A stretch of DNA of 37,813 bases from a virus (IMGVR_UViG_3300022181_000109:1-37813), one strand, 5' to 3'. Counted from the first letter of the stretch, positions 27,205-35,717 are shown. The notes: generated by a model from the sequence alone, not told the origin. Translations and numbers: made by a program.

Positions 27205-28883
27205 GCCACACCCCGCATCACGGCCTCGGCCGGCGAGCCGGGCTCGGGCTTTTGCGTCACGCGGGCCATCTGTTCGGCCTGCTGCATCGCCATCGCCTGC
27301 TGCATCTGCTGGGCCTGGACCTGCATGCGGGCCTCCCGAAGGGCCCGGACTTCGTCCCGGGGCTTGAGCCAGCGGGGCGGCAGGGCCATCTTCTCGGCGA
27401 TCCCGCGGCTGATCTCGTCGAAACTGAAATTGTCCCAGACGGTCGGATCGATCTCGGCAAAGGGCGAGAGGAACACCATCGCGTCCTGCATCGCCGTCAT
27501 CTCGGCATATTCCATCGCCAGGGCCAGCGTACTGGTGTACCGGATATTGGCCAGGTTCAGCAGATCCAGCGGAATCCCGCCCAGCAGGTGCGGCGCCTCG
27601 CTCATGATCGACAGGTTGATCCGGATCAAGGCGTCGAAGAACTCGACCTTCATCCGCCCGAACTGCGGACCCAGGAGCCTCATCTGGTCGTGCAGGATCG
27701 CGCGGACCTCCGTGGCGGTCTTGGCATGCGTCTGGTCCATCAGGACCATGAACAGATCGTTGAACATCGCCGCCCGGATGATCCGCCGTTTGCTCTCGGC
27801 GTATTCCAGCCCGAAATCGACGCGGGCGCCGGTACTGAAAGGTTCCGGTTTGACCGACGGAGCGACGAAGTTCACGCGGTAGTTGAGGATGGAACCCGGC
27901 CGAAAGAGAATGACCGGCTTGCCGTTGGCGTCGCGGCTGTTGCTGATCAGGCCGGCGCCGTCGGGATTGAGGATCGGAGGCCGGACGACCTGCTCGGCAC
28001 CCTCGATAATCGCCCGCTCGATCTGGTTGACCATCTTGATATCGGGCAGACAGGTCATCGCCGGCGACCGCCCGTGCTTTTCGCCGGCGGCCTTCACCCA
28101 CCGGCAGACAAGGTACCGCAACTGCGGCCATCCGCTCTCGCGGAGCACTTTGGCGTCCATCACCGCGACCCAGACCGAGGCCACGGGCATATTCCTGGCG
28201 TCCAGTCGGCCGCCCGCGTAGTCGTTCCGCGGCACCGCCGCGTGCAGGACCTCGAAGATCTTCTCCCGGTCCCGGCCGTCATTGTCGCTGTAGGCGTCCC
28301 AGATCGTCTTGCCGACGGCCGCCTCGCCCGCCCCGAACTCCTGGACGATCTGACGGGCGGACCAGCCAAACCGCCGGTACACTGCGTCGACACGGCCCCG
28401 GCTGCCCTCCTCGAACGTCACCTGCTCGAACGGATACGCCGTGTACTCGAACAGCGAGTCCAACCCGCGATTGACCTCGACGGAGGCCACTCCGGCCGTC
28501 ATCAAATCCAAAAACCCCTCGTAAGCCGCCTCCGCGTAGTTGCTGCGGCTCACGTGGTCCCTCATCGTCTCCGAGACGCCCAGCATGTCGCGGCCGAACT
28601 CGCCCGCCAGGCGGCCGTATTCGATCGGCGGCGTCAGCATGAACCACGCCCGGTCCGATGGACACATCGCCCCGTACAGGCCACTGGCTCCGCGCTCGGT
28701 CGACATCTCCGCCGTCGAATCGGTCAGATCCTTGTGGAGGTTCTGGCCCTCGGTCCGCTGGACCATCACCGTCGCACGCCGCGGCAGGCAGTATTCCATC
28801 ACCTCCTGAACCAGGCTCTTGACCGTCGATCGGGCGGCGTCCAGCGTATTCCAGCGGGCCAGCAGCAGTTTCGGATCGATCAT
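27201..28883 (-). CDS. Portal (head-tail connector, T7 gp8-like family)
   Basis: YCLPRR, DSTA, RW.K..GE.HGRSP.M.CLPD.K and KTATEV...MRLLGP..GR...E motifs. Confidence 0.93.
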   Translation of the reverse strand: MIDPKLLLARWNTLDAARSTVKSLVQEVMEYCLPRRATVMVQRTEGQNLHKDLTDSTAEMSTERGASGLYGAMCPSDRAWFMLTPPIEYGRLAGEFGRDMLGVSETMRDHVSRSNYAEAAYEGFLDLMTAGVASVEVNRGLDSLFEYTAYPFEQVTFEEGSRGRVDAVYRRFGWSARQIVQEFGAGEAAVGKTIWDAYSDNDGRDREKIFEVLHAAVPRNDYAGGRLDARNMPVASVWVAVMDAKVLRESGWPQLRYLVCRWVKAAGEKHGRSPAMTCLPDIKMVNQIERAIIEGAEQVVRPPILNPDGAGLISNSRDANGKPVILFRPGSILNYRVNFVAPSVKPEPFSTGARVDFGLEYAESKRRIIRAAMFNDLFMVLMDQTHAKTATEVRAILHDQMRLLGPQFGRMKVEFFDALIRINLSIMSEAPHLLGGIPLDLLNLANIRYTSTLALAMEYAEMTAMQDAMVFLSPFAEIDPTVWDNFSFDEISRGIAEKMALPPRWLKPRDEVRALREARMQVQAQQMQQAMAMQQAEQMARVTQKPEPGSPAEAVMRGVA

Positions 28884-28886
28884 GCG

Positions 28887-29162
28887 TCAGATCCCCACCA
28901 GAGAGGGAAGATGCAGTTTCGACGTCTGGCCCGACCGCCCGCCGCCCAGCATGCTCGAACCCCCGGAGCCCCTGGCATGGGCCGTCAACGCCCGGCGGAG
29001 CCGGTCGTCACTGGCCAGGACCTCCGTATCGGTCGGTCCGATGGGTTTGGGGGCCTTCGTCGGCGCCGTACTGGTCACCCAGTATTTCGCGAATCCGGCC
29101 CAGCCCTGGTCCTTGATCAGCGGACTGGCCCGGATCCATTTCTGAAAGATGTTTTCAGCCAT
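28887..29162 (-). CDS. Small pre-portal virion protein
   Basis: GAGG RBS; Pro/Gly-rich with an RLRR...G..S pattern, in the usual pre-portal position. Confidence 0.65.
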   Translation of the reverse strand: MAENIFQKWIRASPLIKDQGWAGFAKYWVTSTAPTKAPKPIGPTDTEVLASDDRLRRALTAHARGSGGSSMLGGGRSGQTSKLHLPSLVGI

Positions 29163-29205
29163 GCCTCAAGCGTAGACCGGCAGCGAAGATTCGAGGGCCT
29201 AAATG

Positions 29206-29240
29206 TGTCAAAACGTGGTTTTCCCGCGTGAAACCGCGTG
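29206..29240 (-). promoter_or_regulatory. Candidate activator-dependent late promoter
   Basis: Perfect TTGACA (29211-29206) preceded by two CACGCGG direct repeats 10 bp apart (29240-29234 and 29230-29224); no consensus -10 box. Confidence 0.4.
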
Positions 29241-29253
29241 TGCCTGTATATAA

Positions 29254-29604
29254 TTAGGGATACTCTTTTGAATTGGCAGGCAGCAGGATTCCGGAGGCCA
29301 GGACGATCGTCGAGACCAACTCACCGCGGTTCCGCACCCGCAGTCGATGGTGCAGCCGCTGGTTGTAGGTCTGCACCGTCCCCTTGCTGATCCCGAGGGC
29401 CTTGCCGATCTCGCCCAAAGACAGTCCCTTGACCATCAGGAGGGCCACCTGGAGTTCGCGGACCGTGATTCCGAGATCCGCGGCCGTCTGCCGCCAGCGG
29501 GCGGGATCGGCGAACCGCTCGTACGACATCTGCATCCGCGCTTTCCACTCCGGCATCCTCCCGATCACCGGCCCCAGTTGTTCCCGTCGGTCACTTCGGG
29601 TCAT
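29254..29604 (-). CDS. LuxR/GerE-type HTH transcriptional regulator
   Basis: ITVRELQVALLMVKGLSLGEIGKALGISKGTVQTY...L.VRNR.ELV matches the LuxR HTH pattern. Confidence 0.9.
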   Translation of the reverse strand: MTRSDRREQLGPVIGRMPEWKARMQMSYERFADPARWRQTAADLGITVRELQVALLMVKGLSLGEIGKALGISKGTVQTYNQRLHHRLRVRNRGELVSTIVLASGILLPANSKEYP

Positions 29605-29791
29605 CGCTTGCGAGTCCTTTCGCCTGTCGCTGCTGCTCGCACTGCGGGCAGTGGGTCTTTCCGATCGGGGCCCGCGAGGCCTTCATCCGCTTGACGTGCC
29701 CGCATGCCAGCGTCAGCGTCACGCAAGACCCCAGCCGCTCGCAGTCGCATCGGGCTTCCGTCCGCACGTGCACGATCTGTCGTGGCGTCAT
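29591..29791 (-). CDS. Small Cys-rich, putatively zinc-binding protein (66 aa)
   Basis: ATGA coupling; LACGH...CPQC. Confidence 0.65.
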   Translation of the reverse strand: MTPRQIVHVRTEARCDCERLGSCVTLTLACGHVKRMKASRAPIGKTHCPQCEQQRQAKGLASDDPK

Positions 29792-30375
29792 CTTCGAGTC
29801 TCCTCCGGCAACCGCTCGGCCGCGTCCCGGCGGGACAACTCCAGCCCCAGCGCCGCAAACGCCAAAGCCGCCACCGCCGGATAGTCTTGGAGTTTCAGGT
29901 CGGCCGGGTCTTCGTTGGCCGGCACCACCAGCATTTCGCCCGCCAGGGCCGACGTCGGCGGCACCCGCAGCCGATCGCCCCACGAGCCGGGCCCGCTGTA
30001 GATCCGCTGCAAGAGCGGCATCACGTACGCCATCGGGCCCCGCAGCTCGCACAGGCCCGAATGCTCCACGCGGAGGCCCCGGCCGACGTACTCATGGCAG
30101 ATCGTCATCGCCGCGGCGTTCCTCGCGTCGGCCAGGACGCGTTCGGGATGAAAGAAGTCCCGCAGGGCCGCCAGCAGGGCCACGAGCCGGTCCAGACGCG
30201 GCGAGTCCGCCGCATCGAGCACGTCCAGGCAGGGGCGGCCGGCGATATGCTCGGTCGCATGCTCGCCGACCACCACCACCCAGCCCGGCCGCACGCCCGG
30301 CCACATCGCCCCGGCAAAGATCCGCGAGTACTTGACGTCCATCTCGACCGGAAAGTGCATTTCACTGGGCATCAT
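29788..30375 (-). CDS. Hypothetical protein resembling an inactivated terminase RNase H-like domain
   Basis: AAGGA RBS before ATG 30375; segment pattern parallels the TerL C-terminal domain (see findings). Confidence 0.65.
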   Translation of the reverse strand: MMPSEMHFPVEMDVKYSRIFAGAMWPGVRPGWVVVVGEHATEHIAGRPCLDVLDAADSPRLDRLVALLAALRDFFHPERVLADARNAAAMTICHEYVGRGLRVEHSGLCELRGPMAYVMPLLQRIYSGPGSWGDRLRVPPTSALAGEMLVVPANEDPADLKLQDYPAVAALAFAALGLELSRRDAAERLPEETRR

Positions 30376-30434
30376 CGCAAATCCTTTCGCCACAGAGGGC
30401 ACGCTCTTCTGATGTCCTCATAACCTGCTACCTT

Positions 30435-31724
30435 TCATCTGTGGAAGTATCCCGCCCCTTCCGTGCTGTACAACAGGTACCGCAGGGCGTCGGGGCAGTG
30501 GTCGTTCTGTTTCTCGGGCTCGTCGCGAGGGTCCCGCGTCTCGGTTCCCTCCCGCCATCGGTACGCGATCATCTCGCGAATGGTGTTGCGGCAGCCGGGA
30601 TCGATCGTCAGTTGAGGCCGGCCGTCGGCCTGAACCTTGAGCTTGGCCTGGACCAGTTCGATCCCCAGGCGAACATCCTTTTTCGCCGGCAGCGTCTCGA
30701 TCCCCAGCTGCCGCAGCTCGTAGATGTCCTGTGCGTCGTGGTCGGCCCAGCGTGCGATGATCCGGGTCCGGCCGGTCATCGCCCGGATCTTCGCGGCATG
30801 CCAGGCCAGAGACTCCCTCGCCTGGTAGTGCTCCGCGTAGACGTGCCACCGGCGGTCCGCCCCGTACCGGGCGGCACAGAGGCAGACGAACGGATTGTTG
30901 AAGCCCAGGTCGATCCCCTGATAGTGCTGGGCGTCCGCCGGCAACTCGACCTCGCACACGTGGACGTCGCGGCGGAACGTCTTGTACACCGCACCCAGGA
31001 ACGCCGCGAAGTACCCCTTGATACGCGTCGCCTGGACCTCTTCGGGCCAGACCGCGATCAACGCGTCGATCTCCTCGTCGGCGATGTACCCGCCGCGGCT
31101 CTTTCGGTTGTCGTTGAGGTCCGCATGGAAGACCGCGTCCTGCGGCCCCGGATCTCGCTCTCGCTTCTCCATCCAGTCCTGCGCGATCAGCGGAGTCGCC
31201 GACCAGGCAAAGAACCCGTTTCGGTCCGCCAGACGCATCACGAGTTCGTCCATGATCGAGGCTGAGTCGTGCTCACACTGCTCGTCGCAGTAGATCCCAT
31301 CGACCGACCGGCCCTGGAAGGCCACGCGTCCCTGCTCGAATGCCTTGAACTCGATCCGCGTCCCGTTGTCAATCAGAAGCTCTTTCGGGATATCGGCCCC
31401 CTTGTTGTGCCAGACGATCCCCTTGAGCCGCCGCATCGGCAGATAGGCCTTGATCTTCTCCTGCCAGAGGATCTTGCCCACCATGTCCCAGGTCGGCGCG
31501 ATCGCCCAGATCACCGCCCCCGCCGGCGTCCGTCGCCAGGGATGCACGCTTAAAGCAAAGGAGCACAGATCGTATCCGATGTTCGATTCCGACTTGCCCG
31601 ACCGGTTGCCGCCAAAGAACCAGCGGTACTTCGCCTGCGAAGCGTGGAACCGGCCCGCCTCGGGCAGCGCCCGATACGCCAGGATCTTCCTGCCGATCAT
31701 CGCAATCGCTCGGTCCGTCACCAT
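30435..31724 (-). CDS. terL: Terminase large subunit
   Basis: Walker A GGNRSGKS, Walker B GIYCDE, coupling motif SATP, nuclease GIDLG and NDHCPDALRY. Confidence 0.95.
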   Translation of the reverse strand: MVTDRAIAMIGRKILAYRALPEAGRFHASQAKYRWFFGGNRSGKSESNIGYDLCSFALSVHPWRRTPAGAVIWAIAPTWDMVGKILWQEKIKAYLPMRRLKGIVWHNKGADIPKELLIDNGTRIEFKAFEQGRVAFQGRSVDGIYCDEQCEHDSASIMDELVMRLADRNGFFAWSATPLIAQDWMEKRERDPGPQDAVFHADLNDNRKSRGGYIADEEIDALIAVWPEEVQATRIKGYFAAFLGAVYKTFRRDVHVCEVELPADAQHYQGIDLGFNNPFVCLCAARYGADRRWHVYAEHYQARESLAWHAAKIRAMTGRTRIIARWADHDAQDIYELRQLGIETLPAKKDVRLGIELVQAKLKVQADGRPQLTIDPGCRNTIREMIAYRWREGTETRDPRDEPEKQNDHCPDALRYLLYSTEGAGYFHR

Positions 31725-32260
31725 CAGCCTGTTTTCTCTGTGTCCTCTGTGACTCTGTGGTGAACCCTCATCGCCTGGCGGATCTCCTCACACTCCTCGG
31801 GCGACAGGACCTCCGCCGACTCCATCACCACATGGGCCACCGGCCGGCCTTCATCGCGGTCCCACATCCGCATCGTCGCTTGAAGCGCCACGCCGCCCAG
31901 GCCCTTCTTCAAAAGCTGTAAGGCCTGCTTGGCCGCGATCCGCCGGGCCAGAGATTCGCTCTTGTCCTGCTGGACCCGCCGGGCCTCATCCTCCCCGGCC
32001 TCCAGGAACTTGCAGATATGCCGCCACAGGTTCGCCCGCGCCGCCGGCGTGCCCGCCGGATTGCCCGAAACTCCGGGTGCAAACTGATGCTCCACAGGCG
32101 GCCTGCCGTAGCCGACATCGCCCCGTTTCGGGCCTTTTCCCAGTTCCGCAGGGATTCGATTCGTGGCCCGTGACCCGTAGCCCGTGGCCCGTGGCCGCTT
32201 GACCGCCCTGGCGGGCTTCGCCGCCGGCCGCTTGCCGCTTGCTTTGCGTTTCGCTGTCAT
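31724..32260 (-). CDS. Terminase small subunit candidate (DUF5681-like)
   Basis: VGYGRPPVEHQFAPGVSGNPAG motif; directly upstream of terL. Confidence 0.8.
   Translation of the reverse strand: MTAKRKASGKRPAAKPARAVKRPRATGYGSRATNRIPAELGKGPKRGDVGYGRPPVEHQFAPGVSGNPAGTPAARANLWRHICKFLEAGEDEARRVQQDKSESLARRIAAKQALQLLKKGLGGVALQATMRMWDRDEGRPVAHVVMESAEVLSPEECEEIRQAMRVHHRVTEDTEKTG
31736..31765 (+). repeat. CTCTGTG cassette copy forming the TerS C-terminus
   Basis: ctctgtgtcctctgtgactctgtggtgaac; encodes VHHRVTEDTE. Confidence 0.9.
32161..32195 (+). repeat. Heptamer array YCGTRRC x5
   Basis: tcgtggc ccgtgac ccgtagc ccgtggc ccgtggc. Confidence 0.75.
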
Positions 32261-33522
32261 GATTTCTCCTTCGCCAGGCTCCGCACGATCCCCGGCACGA
32301 TCTTGTCCATCGCCACGGCGCCGAGGTTCCGCACCCCGGCCTTGCCGCGTTTCCTGGCTACGTCCCGTTCGGCCCGCTCACAGAATGCCCCAAATTGGCC
32401 CGGATTGAGCCTGTGGCTGAATTTCTTGACCCAGGCCGATGCCCAGGCCCCCAGCACGCTCCGATCGCTCCTAGAGGCCGTGGTGGCATCCGCCGGGGCC
32501 TCCCGGCCCAGGACCGCCCGGAACATTTTCCGGGCGAAGTCCATCGCCAGAGGATCGCTCCAGTGCAGGAAGTCCCCCAGCCTGCCGGCGTCGTCGGCGA
32601 AAGCTGACGGGGAGCGGCTGTTGCGCCCGGCGGCACGGTCGCCGCTCCCCTGGTCAGAATCAGGCAGGTTGGCAGGTTCTGTGGGGCTGTCCCTGTGCCC
32701 TGTGCCCTGTCCCTGTCCCTGTGGGTGTCCCTGTCGCTGTGGGTGTCGGCTGTCCCTGTCCCTGTCGCTGTGCCTGTCGGCTGTCCCTGTCCCTGTCGCT
32801 GTCGTCTCGCTGCCCGGACAATCTCTGGAACCTGACCAAAGCGCGCGCGCATGCTTGCCTGTGGGCTGTCGCCTGTCCCCTGTCCCTGTCGCTATCCCTG
32901 TCTTCTCTCTGCTGTCTCTGTCTGAAACCTGGACCCCATACTCACCCCTGGAATCCCCCCCTATAGTCCCCCCCTTTGTCCCCTCTCTTTCCCCTAACCC
33001 GTCGCTCGTGACTCGTGACTCGTGCCCCGCCGGTTTCCGGCCGCCGGGCTTCCAGGCTTCCATCGCCAGCTTCTCCGCATGCGTCAGGTACACCAGGGCC
33101 CCGGCCTCCAGCATCGCCGACAGCGTGGCGTTGAGCGTCTCCGGATCGAGTCCCCACTGAAAACACAGCCGCGTCGGCTCGCCCCACTCCACGCCCCAGT
33201 AGTCCGCCTTGGCCATCATCCGCCAGACGTTGATCATGCCCATCTGCACCGCCGGCGTCGCCCCGGCGAACCAGGGCTTTCGCCACAGCGAGTCGCACAG
33301 GGGCAGCCAGGCGGGCTCCCGCCGAAAATGCTGCCACACGCCCCAGGGACCCCGCGCATTGACCACCGCCAGCCAGGGCGAGGCCAGGCAGAACCGCTGC
33401 GCAGGCTTGGCCGGCCACGGGAACCGGTGCAGCGACCAGCTCGTCACCGAGGCCGGCGAGGGCGGTCCGTCGCCCTCTTTGCCCGGCCCAGATACTGCCT
33501 CCTTGCGTTGTCTCGCTGCCAT
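32257..33522 (-). CDS. Putative replication initiator-like protein with a low-complexity linker
   Basis: Ordered N- and C-terminal parts separated by a linker encoded by CTGTCC/CTGTCG hexamer repeats (about 32687-32922). Position and architecture suggest a replication protein; no firm family match. Confidence 0.5.
   Translation of the reverse strand: MAARQRKEAVSGPGKEGDGPPSPASVTSWSLHRFPWPAKPAQRFCLASPWLAVVNARGPWGVWQHFRREPAWLPLCDSLWRKPWFAGATPAVQMGMINVWRMMAKADYWGVEWGEPTRLCFQWGLDPETLNATLSAMLEAGALVYLTHAEKLAMEAWKPGGRKPAGHESRVTSDGLGEREGTKGGTIGGDSRGEYGVQVSDRDSREKTGIATGTGDRRQPTGKHARALWSGSRDCPGSETTATGTGTADRHSDRDRDSRHPQRQGHPQGQGQGTGHRDSPTEPANLPDSDQGSGDRAAGRNSRSPSAFADDAGRLGDFLHWSDPLAMDFARKMFRAVLGREAPADATTASRSDRSVLGAWASAWVKKFSHRLNPGQFGAFCERAERDVARKRGKAGVRNLGAVAMDKIVPGIVRSLAKEKS
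32687..32922. repeat. Degenerate hexamer tandem repeats (CTGTCC/CTGTCG/CTGTGC), possible origin region
   Basis: Many copies visible; they encode HSDRDRDS, QGQGQG and TATGTGT stretches in different phases. Confidence 0.7.
32999..33026 (+). repeat. Heptamer array YCGTSNC x4
   Basis: ccgtcgc tcgtgac tcgtgac tcgtgcc; encodes HESRVTSD. Confidence 0.75.
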
Positions 33523-33579
33523 ATCCTATCTCTGTATCCCAAGCGGCCCGCCCTCGCCGCGGTCCGCAGAACCGTCATT

Positions 33580-33610
33580 CCGTGCCTCGTCGCCCGTGAC
33601 CCGTGACTCG
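33580..33610 (+). repeat. Heptamer array YCGTSNC x4, intergenic
   Basis: ccgtgcc tcgtcgc ccgtgac ccgtgac tcg. Confidence 0.75.
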
Positions 33611-33619
33611 AACCGGCCG

Positions 33620-33796
33620 CTACGGCGGCCCGGTCGAGCGCTTGGACGCCCACTGATCACACGTCGCCGCCGCGCCGGTCTGCATCATGTAATGCTCCAG
33701 GGCCTTCGTACAGTGGCACACGGTCGCCATGCGCCCGAACTCCACGATCCTCGCCCGCCACCACCGGCACCGCTCGCAGGTCCTCGGGCCGGTCAC
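33620..33796 (-). CDS. Small Cys-rich protein (58 aa)
   Basis: GTGA overlap; TCERCRWW...C.C...TCDQW, a common small phage zinc-binding pattern. Confidence 0.6.
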   Translation of the reverse strand: MTGPRTCERCRWWRARIVEFGRMATVCHCTKALEHYMMQTGAAATCDQWASKRSTGPP

Positions 33797-34380
33797 TGGG
33801 CCAACTCCGCGACCGCGAACGAACCCTTGCAGGTCTCCAGACGACTCGGGTCTTTGTGCAGCACCGGATATCTCTGTCCCTCGTAGACCCGCGACCCTAT
33901 CTCCTGTTTGCACACCGAGCATACGACCTTCTTCCACGACTCCCGATCCCCCGGCAGACTGGCCCGCCCCGTACGTTTCGCAGGCGGTTTCTCCGCCTTG
34001 AGCCGGCCCTTGCGAACCCCAGCCTGCTTTGCCGCACACTCGCCCTTGATCCCGAATAATACCCGGCACAACTCCTCCAGACGGGCCTTGTCCCGCCGCA
34101 TCCGTTCGGTGATCTCTACCAGTTCATCCAGGGGCGATCCCTTCGTCTGTTCTGCATCCATGCTCAAATATACTCCTTCCTGTTGTCTCTGTGTCCTCTG
34201 TGTCTCTGTGGTGAATCGATCTTCAAACTCAATCGCGGCGTCCAACGCCGCAGCCTTTTCCGCGGGCCGTGCCCGCACGTACAAGATCGGGCTCTGGTTC
34301 CATTGGGCCCCCAGACTCCGGCAGTTGCCAAACCGATCGATCAGCCCATCAACGCTCGTTTGCCGCACCCGCACCGGCAT
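33793..34380 (-). CDS. Hypothetical protein with C-terminal CxxC...H...C zinc motif (true start possibly 34161)
   Basis: CSVC...HKD...C; AAGGAG RBS before the internal ATG at 34161. Confidence 0.6.
   Translation of the reverse strand: MPVRVRQTSVDGLIDRFGNCRSLGAQWNQSPILYVRARPAEKAAALDAAIEFEDRFTTETQRTQRQQEGVYLSMDAEQTKGSPLDELVEITERMRRDKARLEELCRVLFGIKGECAAKQAGVRKGRLKAEKPPAKRTGRASLPGDRESWKKVVCSVCKQEIGSRVYEGQRYPVLHKDPSRLETCKGSFAVAELAQ
34187..34215 (+). repeat. CTCTGTG cassette copy
   Basis: Identical over 29 bp to 4335-4363. Confidence 0.9.
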
Positions 34381-34588
34381 CCTTTCGCGTTCGCCGCCGA
34401 AGCCGCACCGCCAAGGTGTGCAACGCCGCGCCCGTCGCGTCCAACTGATCTGCGGTCAGCCAGAACGACCCATGCCCGCGCACCTGGGCCAGGGCCTGCG
34501 AGTAGTCGTCGATCTCCATTTCCAGATAGTTGTCCTGGGAGTTGCCCTGCACTCTCACCAGTCGGTCTGTGATCTCGACCCCGCTCAT
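34349..34588 (-). CDS. Hypothetical protein
   Basis: ATGA coupling with the lipoprotein stop. Confidence 0.6.
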   Translation of the reverse strand: MSGVEITDRLVRVQGNSQDNYLEMEIDDYSQALAQVRGHGSFWLTADQLDATGAALHTLAVRLRRRTRKDAGAGAANER

Positions 34589-34857
34589 TCCGTTCTCCAC
34601 GATTGCACGATCATTTCCGCCTCGATCAGCTCCAGATACCGACCGCGGGACAGGATCACCGCCGGCCAGGGCGCCGCCGCCGGCTGGTTAGGATCGAGAA
34701 AGATAACCCGCTCGCTGTCCGGCACCACGATGACGGCCGAGTTCCTTGGCCACCCGCAGCCACTGGTCGTACAGAGCCACAGCATCGCCAGTGCCGCGGG
34801 CCACAGCCACCTCGTGGGCCTTCTTGGCTCGGTCCCATTGCTCGTTGAGTTCCGCAT
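34585..34857 (-). CDS. Putative lipoprotein, o-spanin (Rz1)-like
   Basis: Basic n-region, hydrophobic core, TSG|C lipobox-like site and Pro-rich mature part; overlaps the upstream TM gene in another frame. Confidence 0.6.
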   Translation of the reverse strand: MRNSTSNGTEPRRPTRWLWPAALAMLWLCTTSGCGWPRNSAVIVVPDSERVIFLDPNQPAAAPWPAVILSRGRYLELIEAEMIVQSWRTE

Positions 34858-34966
34858 AGCGTTTCTCCCACCGGGCCCGCGCCGTCAGCCGGTCCGTATA
34901 GATCAACACCGCCAGGCCCGCCAGGGCCGCCACCGCCGTCGCCACCGCCGTCACCGCCGCCGTCAT
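34688..34966 (-). CDS. N-terminal TM plus helical protein, i-spanin (Rz)-like
   Basis: ATGA overlap with the holin-like stop; MTAAVTAVATAVAALAGLAVLIY followed by an amphipathic helix. Confidence 0.55.
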   Translation of the reverse strand: MTAAVTAVATAVAALAGLAVLIYTDRLTARARWEKRYAELNEQWDRAKKAHEVAVARGTGDAVALYDQWLRVAKELGRHRGAGQRAGYLSRS

Positions 34967-35199
34967 GGGTTTCGGCCGATCTGCGACTTCGCCGTCACGC
35001 GGCCCCAGAGAGCCGCCAAACCGCTGACCACCAGGCCGATCTGCATCATGATCTCCAGCAGGCTGTCCTGTTCGACCGCCACCTGATCGAGTTGGACCGG
35101 GCCCACGCGCCCGATCCCTAACATGGTCATTACACTCAGAAACACCGTGACCATACTCGCCCAGACGGTTTTGCTCGCGTACCACCGTTTCGTTTCCAT
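34963..35199 (-). CDS. Holin-like two-TM membrane protein
   Basis: 78 aa, KRWYASKTVW N-terminal motif, two hydrophobic helices, basic tail (GRVTAK); AAAGGG RBS. Confidence 0.65.
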   Translation of the reverse strand: METKRWYASKTVWASMVTVFLSVMTMLGIGRVGPVQLDQVAVEQDSLLEIMMQIGLVVSGLAALWGRVTAKSQIGRNP

Positions 35200-35243
35200 A
35201 CACAGTCCCTTTCTATTTCATTTGGTCCACGTTGCCGTGTAGG

Positions 35244-35333
35244 TCATCTGCGTTTTCGCAGCTCGTCACGGATCTCATACAATTCGATCCAGATCAAAAT
35301 CATCGCCGCTATGATGGTAATATCCGCGATCAT
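35244..35333 (-). CDS. 29-aa single-TM peptide
   Basis: MIADITIIAAMILIWIELYEIRDELRKRR; ATGA coupling and GGAGG RBS; below the ORF-track size cutoff. Confidence 0.5.
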   Translation of the reverse strand: MIADITIIAAMILIWIELYEIRDELRKRR

Positions 35334-35653
35334 GGCGTCTTTCCCTCCAGTTCCGGCTTGGCAGGGCCCTCGTATAGGTCAGCCACGTCATGATACCCTG
35401 ACCATGCCTCGGTTTGCCGCTCCAGTTCTGCAATTCGCCCGGTCTGCGAAGCTACCGCCATGGCCAGTCTGCGGTTCTCCTGGCGGATACTGGAGAGCAG
35501 TTCGTTCGCGGCGGCAAGCTGTTTGGCCTGCTCGTCGTACTCGCTGCGCAGCGACACGTAGCTGTCAGAGATTCCATCGCATTCGCTTTTGAGCCGGCGG
35601 AACTGCTCGGTCAACTCATCAAGTTTTTTGGCCATCTCGGTTTTCGGTTTCAT
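35330..35653 (-). CDS. Coiled-coil hypothetical protein
   Basis: AGGAG RBS before ATG 35653; heptad-rich sequence. Confidence 0.7.
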   Translation of the reverse strand: MKPKTEMAKKLDELTEQFRRLKSECDGISDSYVSLRSEYDEQAKQLAAANELLSSIRQENRRLAMAVASQTGRIAELERQTEAWSGYHDVADLYEGPAKPELEGKTP

Positions 35654-35717
35654 GGTTTTCTCCTGGAACAGCGCCATCTGGCCGGCCTTGGCCCCGCGGG
35701 CGGGGACGGCGGCGGGG

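Noticed and set aside
27205-28131. 396-aa ORF overlapping the portal
   Set aside because: Only the last 87 codons (from 27204) look real; the rest is an alternative frame of the portal gene.
2271-34215. CRISPR array from the ~29-bp repeats
   Set aside because: Copies are dispersed over kilobases in both orientations, with no regular spacers and no cas genes.
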